From positions 1 through 64,000 of the forward strand of contig JBDHHQ010000011.1 in the NCBI GenBank assembly GCA_039589315.1: DNA of 64,000 nt, read 5' to 3'. The first letter of the stretch is position 1. The number at the start of each line of letters is the position of its first letter. The notes beneath the pieces were generated by a model that worked only from the letters and a program-made list of their open reading frames with translations, was not told where the DNA came from and made no database searches. Position numbers and translations under genes: made by a program. Shown in pieces: positions 39,083 to 48,291 of the stretch. This DNA comes from Gemmatimonadota bacterium (GTDB taxonomy: Bacteria > Gemmatimonadota > Gemmatimonadetes > Longimicrobiales > Gaopeijiaceae).

Positions 39083-40309
39083 ATGGCCATCGAGCTCGTG
39101 ACGGGAAACCACGCGGCCGGCTATGCCCTGAGCACCGCCGGCGAGGCCAACCGCGGCGCCCGGGGAGCGGTGTGCGGCATCTATCCCATCACGCCCCAGA
39201 CCGAGATCGTGGAGTACGCGGCCAGGTTCCCCTTCTCCAAGGGTCGGGTAGTGCCGGTCGAGAGCGAGCACAGCGCCATGGGCGTGTCCATCGGCGGCGC
39301 CGTCTCCGGTGCCCGCTCGTTCACCGCCAGCTCCTCCAACGGCCTGGCGTACATGCTGGAGAACGTCATGGTGGCCGGCTTCTACCGGCTCCCCATCGTG
39401 ATGGTCGCCGTGAACCGTACGCTGGGGCCGCCCTGGAACATCTGGGCGGACCAGGGCGACACCCTGATGCTGCGGGACTTCCCGTGGATCCAGCTCTACT
39501 GCGAGACCAACCAGGAGGTGCTGGACAGCGTACTGATGGCGTTCCGCCTGGCCGAGGACCACCGGATCCTGCTACCGGTGCTCGTGTGCCTGGACGCGTT
39601 CATCGTGTCGCACACCCAGACCGAGACAGACCTGCCCGGGCAGGAGTTGGTGGACCGCTTCCTCCCCGATCTGGAGCTACCGCATCGCCTGCGGGCCGAG
39701 GACCCCCGCACGCTGGGCGGCCTCTCGTGGCCCATAGAGTCCATGTCGCTCCGCATGGAGATCGACGAGGCGATGGCCCGTGTGCCACACGTCTTCCAGG
39801 AAGCCCGCACCGAGTTCCTGCAGGTCTTCGGCCGCGACCCCGGGGACGCGCTCCAGACCTTCGAGACGGAGGACGCCGAGCGGATTCTGGTGGCCACGAC
39901 CTCGATCGCCACGACCGCGCGAGAGGTGGTGCGAGCTCGCCGGCGCGCTGGCGAGAGGGTGGGTCTGGTCAAGCTCAAGATGTTCCGTCCGTTCCCCGAG
40001 GCCGCGCTGCGGGCCGCCTGCGCCGCGGCGGACAAGGTCGGCGTTCTGGACCGGAACTACGCGGCGGGCATGGGCGGCGTGTTCTGGCAGGACGTGCGCG
40101 CCGCCTGCCAGGGCCATCGGGACGACCTCATGGTGCAGGACTACCTGACCGGTGTCTGCGGCGGTGACGTGACGCCCGCCATGGTCGAGGAGACGCTCGA
40201 CGACCTCACTGCGCGCACAGAGGCCGGGGCACCTCGGTGGATGGGAATCGCGGCCACGGCGGGCCCACCCGTAGGCATGGCGGCGGCGGCCGAGGAGGTG
40301 TCGGCATGA
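39083..40309 (+). CDS. porA: Pyruvate/2-oxoacid:ferredoxin oxidoreductase alpha subunit
   Basis: YPITPQT, ESEHSA, TASSSNG, FRPFP. Confidence 0.88.
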   Translation: MAIELVTGNHAAGYALSTAGEANRGARGAVCGIYPITPQTEIVEYAARFPFSKGRVVPVESEHSAMGVSIGGAVSGARSFTASSSNGLAYMLENVMVAGFYRLPIVMVAVNRTLGPPWNIWADQGDTLMLRDFPWIQLYCETNQEVLDSVLMAFRLAEDHRILLPVLVCLDAFIVSHTQTETDLPGQELVDRFLPDLELPHRLRAEDPRTLGGLSWPIESMSLRMEIDEAMARVPHVFQEARTEFLQVFGRDPGDALQTFETEDAERILVATTSIATTAREVVRARRRAGERVGLVKLKMFRPFPEAALRAACAAADKVGVLDRNYAAGMGGVFWQDVRAACQGHRDDLMVQDYLTGVCGGDVTPAMVEETLDDLTARTEAGAPRWMGIAATAGPPVGMAAAAEEVSA

Positions 40310-41307
40310 GCGCAGCGGCGGCGAGCGCGAACGGAGGATCGGCTGTGTCCGGGCAGGCTACTGCCGGTGGCGCACCCGGTGGGTCGGTCGCGACCTCCGC
40401 GGCATCGGGCGGGACGCTCGAGGGCATCCCCTGCACGCCGGAGTGCCTGCTCCGGGCCGGCAACACCAACTGCGCCGGATGCGGGATGAGCGTCGGGCTC
40501 ACCATGTTGGGCCGCGCGCTGGCCGACGCGGGCGAGACGTGCACGCTGGCCATACCGGCGTGCTGCGGCATCGTCACGGCCGGCGCGTTCCCGACGACCA
40601 GCTACGGCGTGCCCGTGGTCGCTACCACTTTCGCGTCGGCACCTGCGGTGGCGTCGGGCATCGCCAGCGTGCGGGACCTGAACGGCGAGACGGGGCAGGT
40701 GATCGCCTGGGCCGGCGACGGGGGCACCTACGACATCGGGCTCGCGACCCTGTCGGCCGCGGCCGAACGGAACGAGAACATCATCTACGTCTGCTACGAC
40801 AACGAGATCTACGGCAACACGGGCGGGCAGCGATCCTCGGCCACGCCCCCCGGGGCCCGGACTACCACCACGCCCGCCGGCAAGCGCGAGGAGAAGAAGG
40901 ACATCCTGGCCATCATGGCCGCCCACCGGGTTCCGTACGCCGCATCCCTCTCCATCGCCCACCCCGAGGACTTCGCACGGAAGATCCGCACGGCGCTTTC
41001 GGTCCATGGGATGCGCTTCCTGCTCATGCACTCGCCCTGTCCCATGGGATGGAAGTCCGAGCCCGCCGATTCGCCAGAGCTCGTACGCCTGGCGGTGCGG
41101 AGCGGGCTCTTCCCCCTGTACGAGGTCGTGGACGGCGTGTCGTACCGGATCAACGTCGAGCCGGACTGGACCGATCCGGCCGAGTACTTCGCCCGCCAGC
41201 GACGCTTTCAGGACCACCAGGTCGATCTGGAGGCAACCCGGCGCGTCTGCCGGGAGCGGTTCGAGCGGCTGAGCACGATGGCGCGGGCGTTTCCGTTCCC
41301 GGACTGA
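40306..41307 (+). CDS. porB: Pyruvate/2-oxoacid:ferredoxin oxidoreductase beta subunit (TPP-binding)
   Basis: CAGCG, GDGG...DNEIYGNTGGQ, SPCP; ATGA overlap with alpha. Confidence 0.88.
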   Translation: MSAAAASANGGSAVSGQATAGGAPGGSVATSAASGGTLEGIPCTPECLLRAGNTNCAGCGMSVGLTMLGRALADAGETCTLAIPACCGIVTAGAFPTTSYGVPVVATTFASAPAVASGIASVRDLNGETGQVIAWAGDGGTYDIGLATLSAAAERNENIIYVCYDNEIYGNTGGQRSSATPPGARTTTTPAGKREEKKDILAIMAAHRVPYAASLSIAHPEDFARKIRTALSVHGMRFLLMHSPCPMGWKSEPADSPELVRLAVRSGLFPLYEVVDGVSYRINVEPDWTDPAEYFARQRRFQDHQVDLEATRRVCRERFERLSTMARAFPFPD

Positions 41308-41364
41308 GACGAGGCGGCCGCGGCGGAGTCGTCCAGGACCTTGGCGCCGGGCATGTCCCGGTCC

Positions 41365-42333
41365 CTATGGGCCCGGCTCGAACGGCATCTCCAGCTCTCC
41401 GGCGATGGCTCGTCGATATAGCGTCTCGTAGTTCTCGGCCATCACCTCCGCGCTGAACCGACGTTCGACGTGTGCCCGGCAGGCCGCCGGATCGATCTCG
41501 TCGAGGCGGTCGAGCGCCTCGACGAACGCGTCGTCCGAAGGGCACAGGAAGCCCACCGGATCGCCACGGGTCTCGAAGAGCTCGGGTTGGGATCCCCGGG
41601 GGGACGCCAGCACAGGGCACCCCGCCGCCCAGGCTTCGGCCACCACCAGCCCGAAGGGCTCCTCCCACCGGATGGGAAACACGAGCGCGCGGGCACGTCT
41701 CAGGAGCTCGGCCTTCTTCCGGTCGTCCACGGGACCGACCGAGCGGATTCGCGGGCTCGGGTTGAAGCGCCAGCCGCCCGCGATCACGAGCCGACGACCG
41801 CTCACTCGGGCGATCTTCTCGGCTCTGTCGACGCCCTTGGATCGCCGTCCGGGGTCCCCCAGGAACAGCAGGAAGTCGTCCTTCTGCGGCTGATAGACGT
41901 AGTCCTGCAGCTCGATCCCGTTGTACACCCAGTGGCGTCCGCCCAGGCGCTCCATGTGGTTCCGGGACACGAAGGAATGGTGGGGGCCGTAGGTCCTGTC
42001 CTCGTTGCCGTGGATGGTGATGATGTGGGGCCGGGTGGTACGGGCGGCCAGGCCGAAGTGGAAGTGGACCACGTCCAGCCCGGTGGGGAGGTGTGCGTCG
42101 GCGTCGAAGGAGGGGTCGTCGAAGGCCTGTTGGACGATCTTCCTGGGGATGTGCTGGACGATCGCGCCGGTTCCTGCTCCGTGGCTGCCCGGCGGCGCCA
42201 GGAGGACCACACTGTGTCCCCGGGAGACCAACGTCCGGGCGAGCCAGAGCACCACGCGCTCCGTGCCGCCGTACTTGCGAACCGGCAGCCGTTCGCGGTG
42301 GCAGAGCCCGATGCGGAGGGGGGAGGCCGACAT
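41365..42333 (-). CDS. Glycosyltransferase family 4
   Basis: YGGTERVV, VYNGI, WEEPFGLVVAEA motifs. Confidence 0.9.
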   Translation of the reverse strand: MSASPLRIGLCHRERLPVRKYGGTERVVLWLARTLVSRGHSVVLLAPPGSHGAGTGAIVQHIPRKIVQQAFDDPSFDADAHLPTGLDVVHFHFGLAARTTRPHIITIHGNEDRTYGPHHSFVSRNHMERLGGRHWVYNGIELQDYVYQPQKDDFLLFLGDPGRRSKGVDRAEKIARVSGRRLVIAGGWRFNPSPRIRSVGPVDDRKKAELLRRARALVFPIRWEEPFGLVVAEAWAAGCPVLASPRGSQPELFETRGDPVGFLCPSDDAFVEALDRLDEIDPAACRAHVERRFSAEVMAENYETLYRRAIAGELEMPFEPGP

Positions 42334-42360
42334 GCGTGGAGTCTGGCCCCCGGGCCACCG

Positions 42361-42507
42361 GTGCGCCACCCGGCTGAGAGTGGCGCCCCACACGACCGGG
42401 TTCTGGCGCGCCACGCCGCTGACGAGTGGCGCGCCACACGACCGGGTCTTGGCCCGCCACCCGGCTTACGAGCGGCGCGCCACACGACCGGGTTCGGCAC
42501 TCCACCC
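42361..42507. repeat. ~3 copies of a 46-bp tandem repeat with a palindromic core
   Basis: CCACACGACCGGG at 42388, 42434 and 42480; GTGGCGCGCCAC palindrome. Confidence 0.85.
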
Positions 42508-42525
42508 CGCAAGCCTCCCGCGCGC

Positions 42526-43545
42526 TTACCGGGGGATGAACTCCTCGACCAGGTTGTACATGATGGTGTTGTCGATGCCACCGATCACGTAGAGGCGACC
42601 GCCGAGCGTGACCGCCTTCGCTTGGGAGCGGCGCAACCGCGGCTCCGGGTACTCGTACCACTGGTCCGCCACCGGGTCCCACGCCACGTGGGTGGTCTGC
42701 TCCACGAAGTTGGCGTTCTGACCGCCCACGAAGTGGATGCGACCGTCCAGTACCGCGGTTGCCGGCCGATCGCGGACCCGCTTGTGTACGCCGACCTCAG
42801 CCCAGGATCCGTCGCTGGGACTCCGCACGAGCAGCTCGCCGGCCGGATTCGTGTCGAGCGTGGGACCCAGATTCCTGCGGCCGCCGGTCAGGTAGACGGA
42901 CCCGGCGGCTTCGACGACGTCCGGCGAGATGCGCAGTTCGGGTCCCGGCTCCCGCGTCCAGGTGCCCGTCGTGGCGTCATACGCCAGGGCCCGCTCATCC
43001 GAAGATCCCCAGCCTCCCACGATCAGGATTCCACCTCCCGCTGTGGTCACGGCGAAGCTGTGTCGGCCCTCGGGCATCGGGGGCCGGGAGCTCCAGGAGT
43101 CGCTGTCCGGGTCGTACGCCCACAGGGACGGGAGTGCCAAAGCCCCTGCCGAAACACCGCCCACCGCGAAGAGGGTGTCGGCCACCACCACCAGACCGTG
43201 ATTGGCGACCGGAGCCGGGAAGTCGTTGAGCGGATCCCACTTCCGGGCGGCTACGTCGTACCGGTAGACTCCGTCCACCACGAGCTCCTGAACGCCCTGC
43301 TGCGAGATCCCCGCCACCACCCAGAGGGCGCCCCGGTACGCAGCGACCCCGAACGCCCGGAGGGGGATCGGCAGGTCCGCCGTCCCCTGCCACTCTCCCG
43401 TGCCGGTCAGAAACTCGTTCACCGGCAGGTCTTCGGGCGGCGGTGGGGTGACGTCGGCGGACTCCGACGAGCACGCGGCAGTCAGAAGGCACATCAGGGA
43501 AACCAGCGCCGTCACTGCCGGCGAGCCATCAACCTCGGTCCGCAT
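42526..43545 (-). CDS. Kelch-repeat beta-propeller lipoprotein
   Basis: LTAAC lipobox; repeated GG...YD....W motifs. Confidence 0.88.
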   Translation of the reverse strand: MRTEVDGSPAVTALVSLMCLLTAACSSESADVTPPPPEDLPVNEFLTGTGEWQGTADLPIPLRAFGVAAYRGALWVVAGISQQGVQELVVDGVYRYDVAARKWDPLNDFPAPVANHGLVVVADTLFAVGGVSAGALALPSLWAYDPDSDSWSSRPPMPEGRHSFAVTTAGGGILIVGGWGSSDERALAYDATTGTWTREPGPELRISPDVVEAAGSVYLTGGRRNLGPTLDTNPAGELLVRSPSDGSWAEVGVHKRVRDRPATAVLDGRIHFVGGQNANFVEQTTHVAWDPVADQWYEYPEPRLRRSQAKAVTLGGRLYVIGGIDNTIMYNLVEEFIPR

Positions 43546-43740
43546 GGCCAGGTCCTTTCCCGGGTCCCTTCCGTCCAGCCGTCACGAGAAGGGATACGCG
43601 AACCGCCTGAGAGCTTTACGGCCGAGGCCCGCCAAGACGCGCTTCCTCCGCGGCCGCTCGCAGAGCGGACTCCGACGAATGCCGGCTTCGGGCGCGCGAC
43701 CGGACAGCGGGTGGGCGCCCGTGCGGCCACTCGGCAGGTG

Positions 43741-44619
43741 CTATCGCTTCCGGGTGGCCTCCATCCAGACCTCGATGCCGATCCCCAGGACCGTGAATCC
43801 GGACGTCTCGTCACCCTCGAAGTCGAAGTGCACGGGCCCCTCCTCGACGTCCACGACCTCGCCATCCTGCATGAAGCCGATGTAGAACGTGTTGGGCTCG
43901 TCCGAGCGGACGAGCTCGAAGGCCCAGTCGCCGTCGTCCACGAGGCCCCGGAGCTTACCGTTGGCATCGATCAGCTCGAGCTCGAACTCCCAGGTTTGAT
44001 CACCCTCTCCGAGAATGGTCAGCTCGTAGTCGCCCAGATACGGGGCGATCTCGTCGGGCGTGAAGGCCTCGGCCAGCTCGGTCCGATGGATCCCCACGTC
44101 GAGGGAGATGTACGTGGTGCCCCAGTGCATGTGGAGGGTGGTGCCGTCTCGGCGCACCTCGGGGAAGTGGAAGGTGAGGACCTCCAGGTGCTCGCCTTCC
44201 TGCGGTGCCACCGGCAACGAAAGCACGTACTCGTCTTCCGGCGGATGCTGTGTGTGGAAGCGGTCGGCCTTCGGGCTCAGGCGGAGCATCCACTCGCCGT
44301 CCTCCTCTGGCACGAGCCAGACCGAGTACTTGCCGGCAGCCACGTCGTGACCGTCCAACGTGGCGTCCTTGGAAAACTCGAAGGTCGTGGCCCAGTTGGC
44401 CCCCGGGGTCCAGACCTCACTCCAGTGGATCACGCCACCGAAGATGTCGTCACGGCCACGCGTCTGTGGGCGTGCGTAGTCCACCACGATATCCGTCCCG
44501 TCGACGCGCTGGGAAACTCCGCCCCGCTCGCTGGCCCGCACCTGGGCGTCGGCCTGTGAGACGATCGAAATGAGGAGTACGAGGCCGGCGGCCAGACCGG
44601 CTGCGGGGGGGCGGTGCAT
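43741..44619 (-). CDS. DUF2911 domain protein
   Basis: VDYARP..RGR..FGG...VWTPGANWAT, AGKYS. Confidence 0.88.
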   Translation of the reverse strand: MHRPPAAGLAAGLVLLISIVSQADAQVRASERGGVSQRVDGTDIVVDYARPQTRGRDDIFGGVIHWSEVWTPGANWATTFEFSKDATLDGHDVAAGKYSVWLVPEEDGEWMLRLSPKADRFHTQHPPEDEYVLSLPVAPQEGEHLEVLTFHFPEVRRDGTTLHMHWGTTYISLDVGIHRTELAEAFTPDEIAPYLGDYELTILGEGDQTWEFELELIDANGKLRGLVDDGDWAFELVRSDEPNTFYIGFMQDGEVVDVEEGPVHFDFEGDETSGFTVLGIGIEVWMEATRKR

Positions 44620-44699
44620 GGAACCTCCGGGGTGGGGGCGGACCGGGCCGGCTGGCAGCAGGTCGTAAGAGTGAGGAGCGGCCAGGGACGGGTCCGTGG

Positions 44700-45146
44700 T
44701 CAGGCGAAACGGGCGTCGATGGCCGTGCGGATCGCCTTCAGCTCCTTGCCCTTCTCATGCAGGCGGTACGCCTCTCGCGCCTGGCCCTTGCAGATGTCAC
44801 AGAACTGGGCCATGCCCTGCTCCTCGTAGCAGGTCAGGAGCGAGTAATAGCCGTCCAGCTCGGCGCATCCGCAGTGACAGCGAATGCCGTCCACGATCTC
44901 GGGGATCTCCCGGACCATGTCGTAGACCGGAGCCGCCGACGGGTTGGCCAAGCGGTCCGCGGTCAGGACCTTGGACGCGTCGATCCCGGGGCGCGGATCG
45001 GGGTGAGCGAATGCGCCGCGTCCATGGGTGACCGGGCCGCAGTGGGTGGCGGAGTCGGCCATCGCCGAGCGGGCACCGGCGGCAACGGCGAGGAGGGCGC
45101 CAGGCAGTATGCCAAGAAAACGTCTACGGGTCTGAGTGTCCTGCAC
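44700..45146 (-). CDS. PCYCGC-motif protein with twin-arginine signal
   Basis: TRRRFLG; CHCGC...SLLTCY...CDIC; GTG start inferred. Confidence 0.75.
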   Translation of the reverse strand: MQDTQTRRRFLGILPGALLAVAAGARSAMADSATHCGPVTHGRGAFAHPDPRPGIDASKVLTADRLANPSAAPVYDMVREIPEIVDGIRCHCGCAELDGYYSLLTCYEEQGMAQFCDICKGQAREAYRLHEKGKELKAIRTAIDARFA

Positions 45147-45293
45147 GCGGTCCGTCTCGCTGGAAGATCGTTGAATCACCGCAGGCCGGCACGCGGAGCG
45201 CTCGACACGAAGGCCCACCGCTGTCGGGCTGCCTACCGACGTCACTAACTATCGTGCTTCAGCGGGGTCGATTTCAAGGGCGGTCGTCGGCTA

Positions 45294-45311
45294 CGGCCCC
45301 TTTCGGGGCCG
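45294..45311 (-). terminator. Hairpin downstream of the alcohol dehydrogenase gene
   Basis: CGGCCCC-TTTC-GGGGCCG. Confidence 0.45.
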
Positions 45312-45319
45312 CGGCTCAC

Positions 45320-46348
45320 TCACTCCACCCGAAGCACCTTGGCGCCGCGGATCTTCCGGTTCTTCAGCTCTAGAAGCGCCCGGTTCGCGTCTTCCAGGGC
45401 GAACTCCTCGATCTCGGGCCGGAAGCCCGCCTCGGCGGCCAGGTCCAGGAACTCGCGCACGTCTCGCCGCGCGACGTTGGCCACGCTCTTGATCTCCTTC
45501 TCCATCCACAGGTGCTCAGGGTAGTCCAGCCCGAGCAACTGATCCTGGTCGTGGGACTCCTTGCGGATGGCGTTGATCACCAGGCGGCCCCCCGGGGCCA
45601 GGTTGCGCAGACCTTCCACCACCGGCTTCCATACGGGCGTCGTGTCGATGATGGCGTGCAGGGGAGACGGTGCCGTGGCCGTGGTATCGCCGGCCCATGC
45701 CGCTCCGAGCTCCAGCGCGAACTCCCGTTCCTGGGGACTCCTGGCAAAGACGAAGACCTCGGTGTCGGGCATGCGGTGGCGCAGCATCTTCAGAACCAGG
45801 TGCCCGGATGCGCCAAACCCGGTAAGGCCCAGTCGCTCGCCTGCGGCGAGTCCGGTCAATCGGAGAGACCGATATCCGATCGCCCCCGCGCACAGGAGCG
45901 GCGCGGCCTCGGTATCGCTCAGCGCGTCCGGGATGGCGTGGGCAAAGGGCGCCGGGACCGTCATGAGCTCCGCGTAGCCACCGTTCACGTCCCGCCCGGT
46001 CGCGCGGAAGTCGGGGCAGAGGTTCTCCTCGCCTCGGCCGCAGTGCTCGCAGGTCCCGCACGCCGAGTGGATCCACGGCACGCCCACCCGGTCGCCGCGG
46101 GCCAGGCCGCTCACGTCGGCTCCCAGGGCTTCCACCACCCCCACGGCCTGATGTCCCAGGATCACGGGGAGGGAGGGCGGAGGCGTCCGACCCTCGATCT
46201 CGTCCAGCTCGGTGTGGCAGACGCCGCAGACGCGGACCCGCACGAGCACGTCGCCGGGACCGGGCGTGGGGTCGGGGACGTCGGCGAGGCGTAGTGGCCG
46301 CGGATTCTGCGCCACTGACCCCAGCGCCTCCAGGAGCATCGCCTTCAT
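45320..46348 (-). CDS. Zinc-dependent alcohol dehydrogenase family protein
   Basis: CGVCHTE, GHQAVG, CGTCEHC...ENLC, PLLCAG. Confidence 0.92.
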   Translation of the reverse strand: MKAMLLEALGSVAQNPRPLRLADVPDPTPGPGDVLVRVRVCGVCHTELDEIEGRTPPPSLPVILGHQAVGVVEALGADVSGLARGDRVGVPWIHSACGTCEHCGRGEENLCPDFRATGRDVNGGYAELMTVPAPFAHAIPDALSDTEAAPLLCAGAIGYRSLRLTGLAAGERLGLTGFGASGHLVLKMLRHRMPDTEVFVFARSPQEREFALELGAAWAGDTTATAPSPLHAIIDTTPVWKPVVEGLRNLAPGGRLVINAIRKESHDQDQLLGLDYPEHLWMEKEIKSVANVARRDVREFLDLAAEAGFRPEIEEFALEDANRALLELKNRKIRGAKVLRVE

Positions 46349-46477
46349 TCGTGGGTCACGCCGATCGAGGTCCGGGTGGTGGGTGCGCCGGAGCCGGTGT
46401 GGGGCGTTCCAAGCAGAGCCTCACGACGGGGTGCAGTGGATCACGCTCTCCAGGAGGCGCGCTCACACCGGCCGATG

Positions 46478-46878
46478 TCACGCCTCAGAAGAACGGCGTT
46501 CACGCCAGGCGTCAACGCTCCACGTACCTCCGCCCCAGGCCCAGAGCAGCAGGAACATGAAGCAGAACAGCACTGGCGCCTCACCACGGTTCATGAGGGG
46601 CCAGATGGGGTTCCCCCAAGCATGCCGCCACCAGAAGATGACCGCCATGTGACCAGTGAGCAGGAATGCCACGGGTCGCGTGAAAAGGCCAATCGCCACC
46701 AGGGCCCCCCCGAAGAGCTCGATGATGCCAGCCGTCCAGAAGATCGTGAAGGCCTCGACCGGATTCTCCCGACCGAACCACGCGAACAGTTTCTGGCACC
46801 GTGTTGCCAGAGCTGGAAGCCTGCCACGAACCTCAGGGCGTTCAGAGCCAGCCGTTGAAAGGGTGTCGCGTCCTTCAT
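46478..46878 (-). pseudogene. DoxX family membrane protein, frameshifted
   Basis: LRFVAG...QHGA in one frame, QKLF..AGIIE...GLFTRP in another; one C missing near 46795. Confidence 0.8.
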
Positions 46879-47150
46879 CCGAAGCTCTCCTCGCATGTGG
46901 TCTCGAACCAGCAGCTCCGGCGGGATGCCGCTCTCCACCTGTGACACCGACGGCCCTTCGAACGTTGGCCCCAGCGCGGGGAAGGCGCAGCGATCTCGCG
47001 ACCAAGGCGGGAAAAGTGCAGGAGCCCGGCTCCAGGATCGCCAGCGACCAGGGCCGGCGCAATCCGAAAAGCGGCGCGTACGGCGTCGGAGAGATCCGAA
47101 AGGGGATCCCACGGCACTGTCCATGGGTACACGAGGATTGCCGAGGTTGG

Positions 47151-47192
47151 AAATTAGGCTTACCGAAGTTTAAATTAAGGTTATCCTAAAAA
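47151..47192. promoter_or_regulatory. Tandem DtxR/MntR-type operator boxes
   Basis: TTAGGCTTACCGAA (47154) and TAAGGTTATCCTAA (47176), each one mismatch from TTAGG-N4-CCTAA, 22 bp apart, in an AT-rich patch. Confidence 0.8.
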
Positions 47193-47250
47193 CCGGCCGA
47201 TAACCCAGTGTGACCCAGATGTGCTCTCTTCCACGGGAGGCTAGCCAGCG

Positions 47251-48291
47251 ATGACCGATCCCCTGACCGCCTTGGCGTGGTTCGCGGTCGCTGTCGTGAT
47301 CGTGGCTGTGGTCTTCTGGCCTCGACGCGGGGTGGTGGCGCGGTTGTCCCGCCTGCTGGGGATGACCGAGCGGGTCCATTTGGAGGACGCCCTGAAGCAC
47401 CTGTACAACTGCGAGTACGCGACGCAGCCCGCGACGCTGGACAGCCTGGCGGGGGCGATCGGCGTTTCGCGAGGGCGAGCCGCTGAGCTCCTCAAGCGGC
47501 TGGAGGAATTGGAACTGGTCGACTCGGACGAAAGGGGTCCCGCCCTGTCCGAGGAAGGTCGTGCGTACGCGCTCCGCATCCTCCGCACGCACCGACTGTG
47601 GGAGCGCTACCTGGCTGATCGCACTGGTGTGCAGCCCACTGAATGGCACCGGGAGGCGGAGCGTCTCGAGCACACCCTGTCCGAAGACGAGACGGATCAG
47701 CTGGCCGCCAGTCTCGGCCATCCCGTCTTCGATCCCCACGGGGATCCAATCCCCACGCGTGACGGCCAGGTGCCGCCGCCGGCCGGCGTGCCCCTGACCG
47801 CGCTGAAGCCGGGCCAACTCGCCACGATCCTCCACCTGGAGGACGAGCCGTCGTCGATCTACGACCGGCTGCTCAGCGAGGGACTCAGCCCCCTGATGGT
47901 GGTGCGGGGTGTGGAGTCGCCCCGGGGGCAAGTCCGCGTGGAGACAGAGGGCCGGGAGCTGGTATTGGAGCCGGTGGTGGCCGGCAACGTGACCGTTCAG
48001 GTGTTGCCGCCCGAAGCCGATGCCGGCGGCTCCGCCGCCACCCTGGACGAGCTGGCGGCCGGAGAAGCCGCCATGGTCACGGGCATCTCGGCCGTGTGCC
48101 AGGGTCCTCAGCGACGCCGGCTCCTGGATCTGGGCGTCGTGCCGGGAACGACTGTCACGGCCGAGCTCCGGAGCGCGTCCGGTGATCCGGTGGCCTACCG
48201 GATCCGGGGAGCCCTGATCGGGCTCCGCCGTGAGCAGGCGTCCTGGATCCACGTCGATCGCAAGCCGGCGGGCGGGGAGGACGTGGCGTGA
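47251..48291 (+). CDS. DtxR/MntR-family metal-dependent regulator with N-terminal TM helix and two FeoA-like domains
   Basis: [41 protein letters not shown]...GDP.AY. Confidence 0.9.
   Translation: MTDPLTALAWFAVAVVIVAVVFWPRRGVVARLSRLLGMTERVHLEDALKHLYNCEYATQPATLDSLAGAIGVSRGRAAELLKRLEELELVDSDERGPALSEEGRAYALRILRTHRLWERYLADRTGVQPTEWHREAERLEHTLSEDETDQLAASLGHPVFDPHGDPIPTRDGQVPPPAGVPLTALKPGQLATILHLEDEPSSIYDRLLSEGLSPLMVVRGVESPRGQVRVETEGRELVLEPVVAGNVTVQVLPPEADAGGSAATLDELAAGEAAMVTGISAVCQGPQRRRLLDLGVVPGTTVTAELRSASGDPVAYRIRGALIGLRREQASWIHVDRKPAGGEDVA

Noticed and set aside
41470..44559. 1029-aa plus-strand ORF
   Set aside because: Antisense shadow of the GT4, Kelch and DUF2911 genes; typical high-GC artefact with no motifs.
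47085..47148. Riboswitch upstream of the DtxR-feoB operon
   Set aside because: Two hairpins are possible, but I could not match them to yybP-ykoY, M-box, NiCo or c-di-GMP consensus; an Rfam scan would decide.
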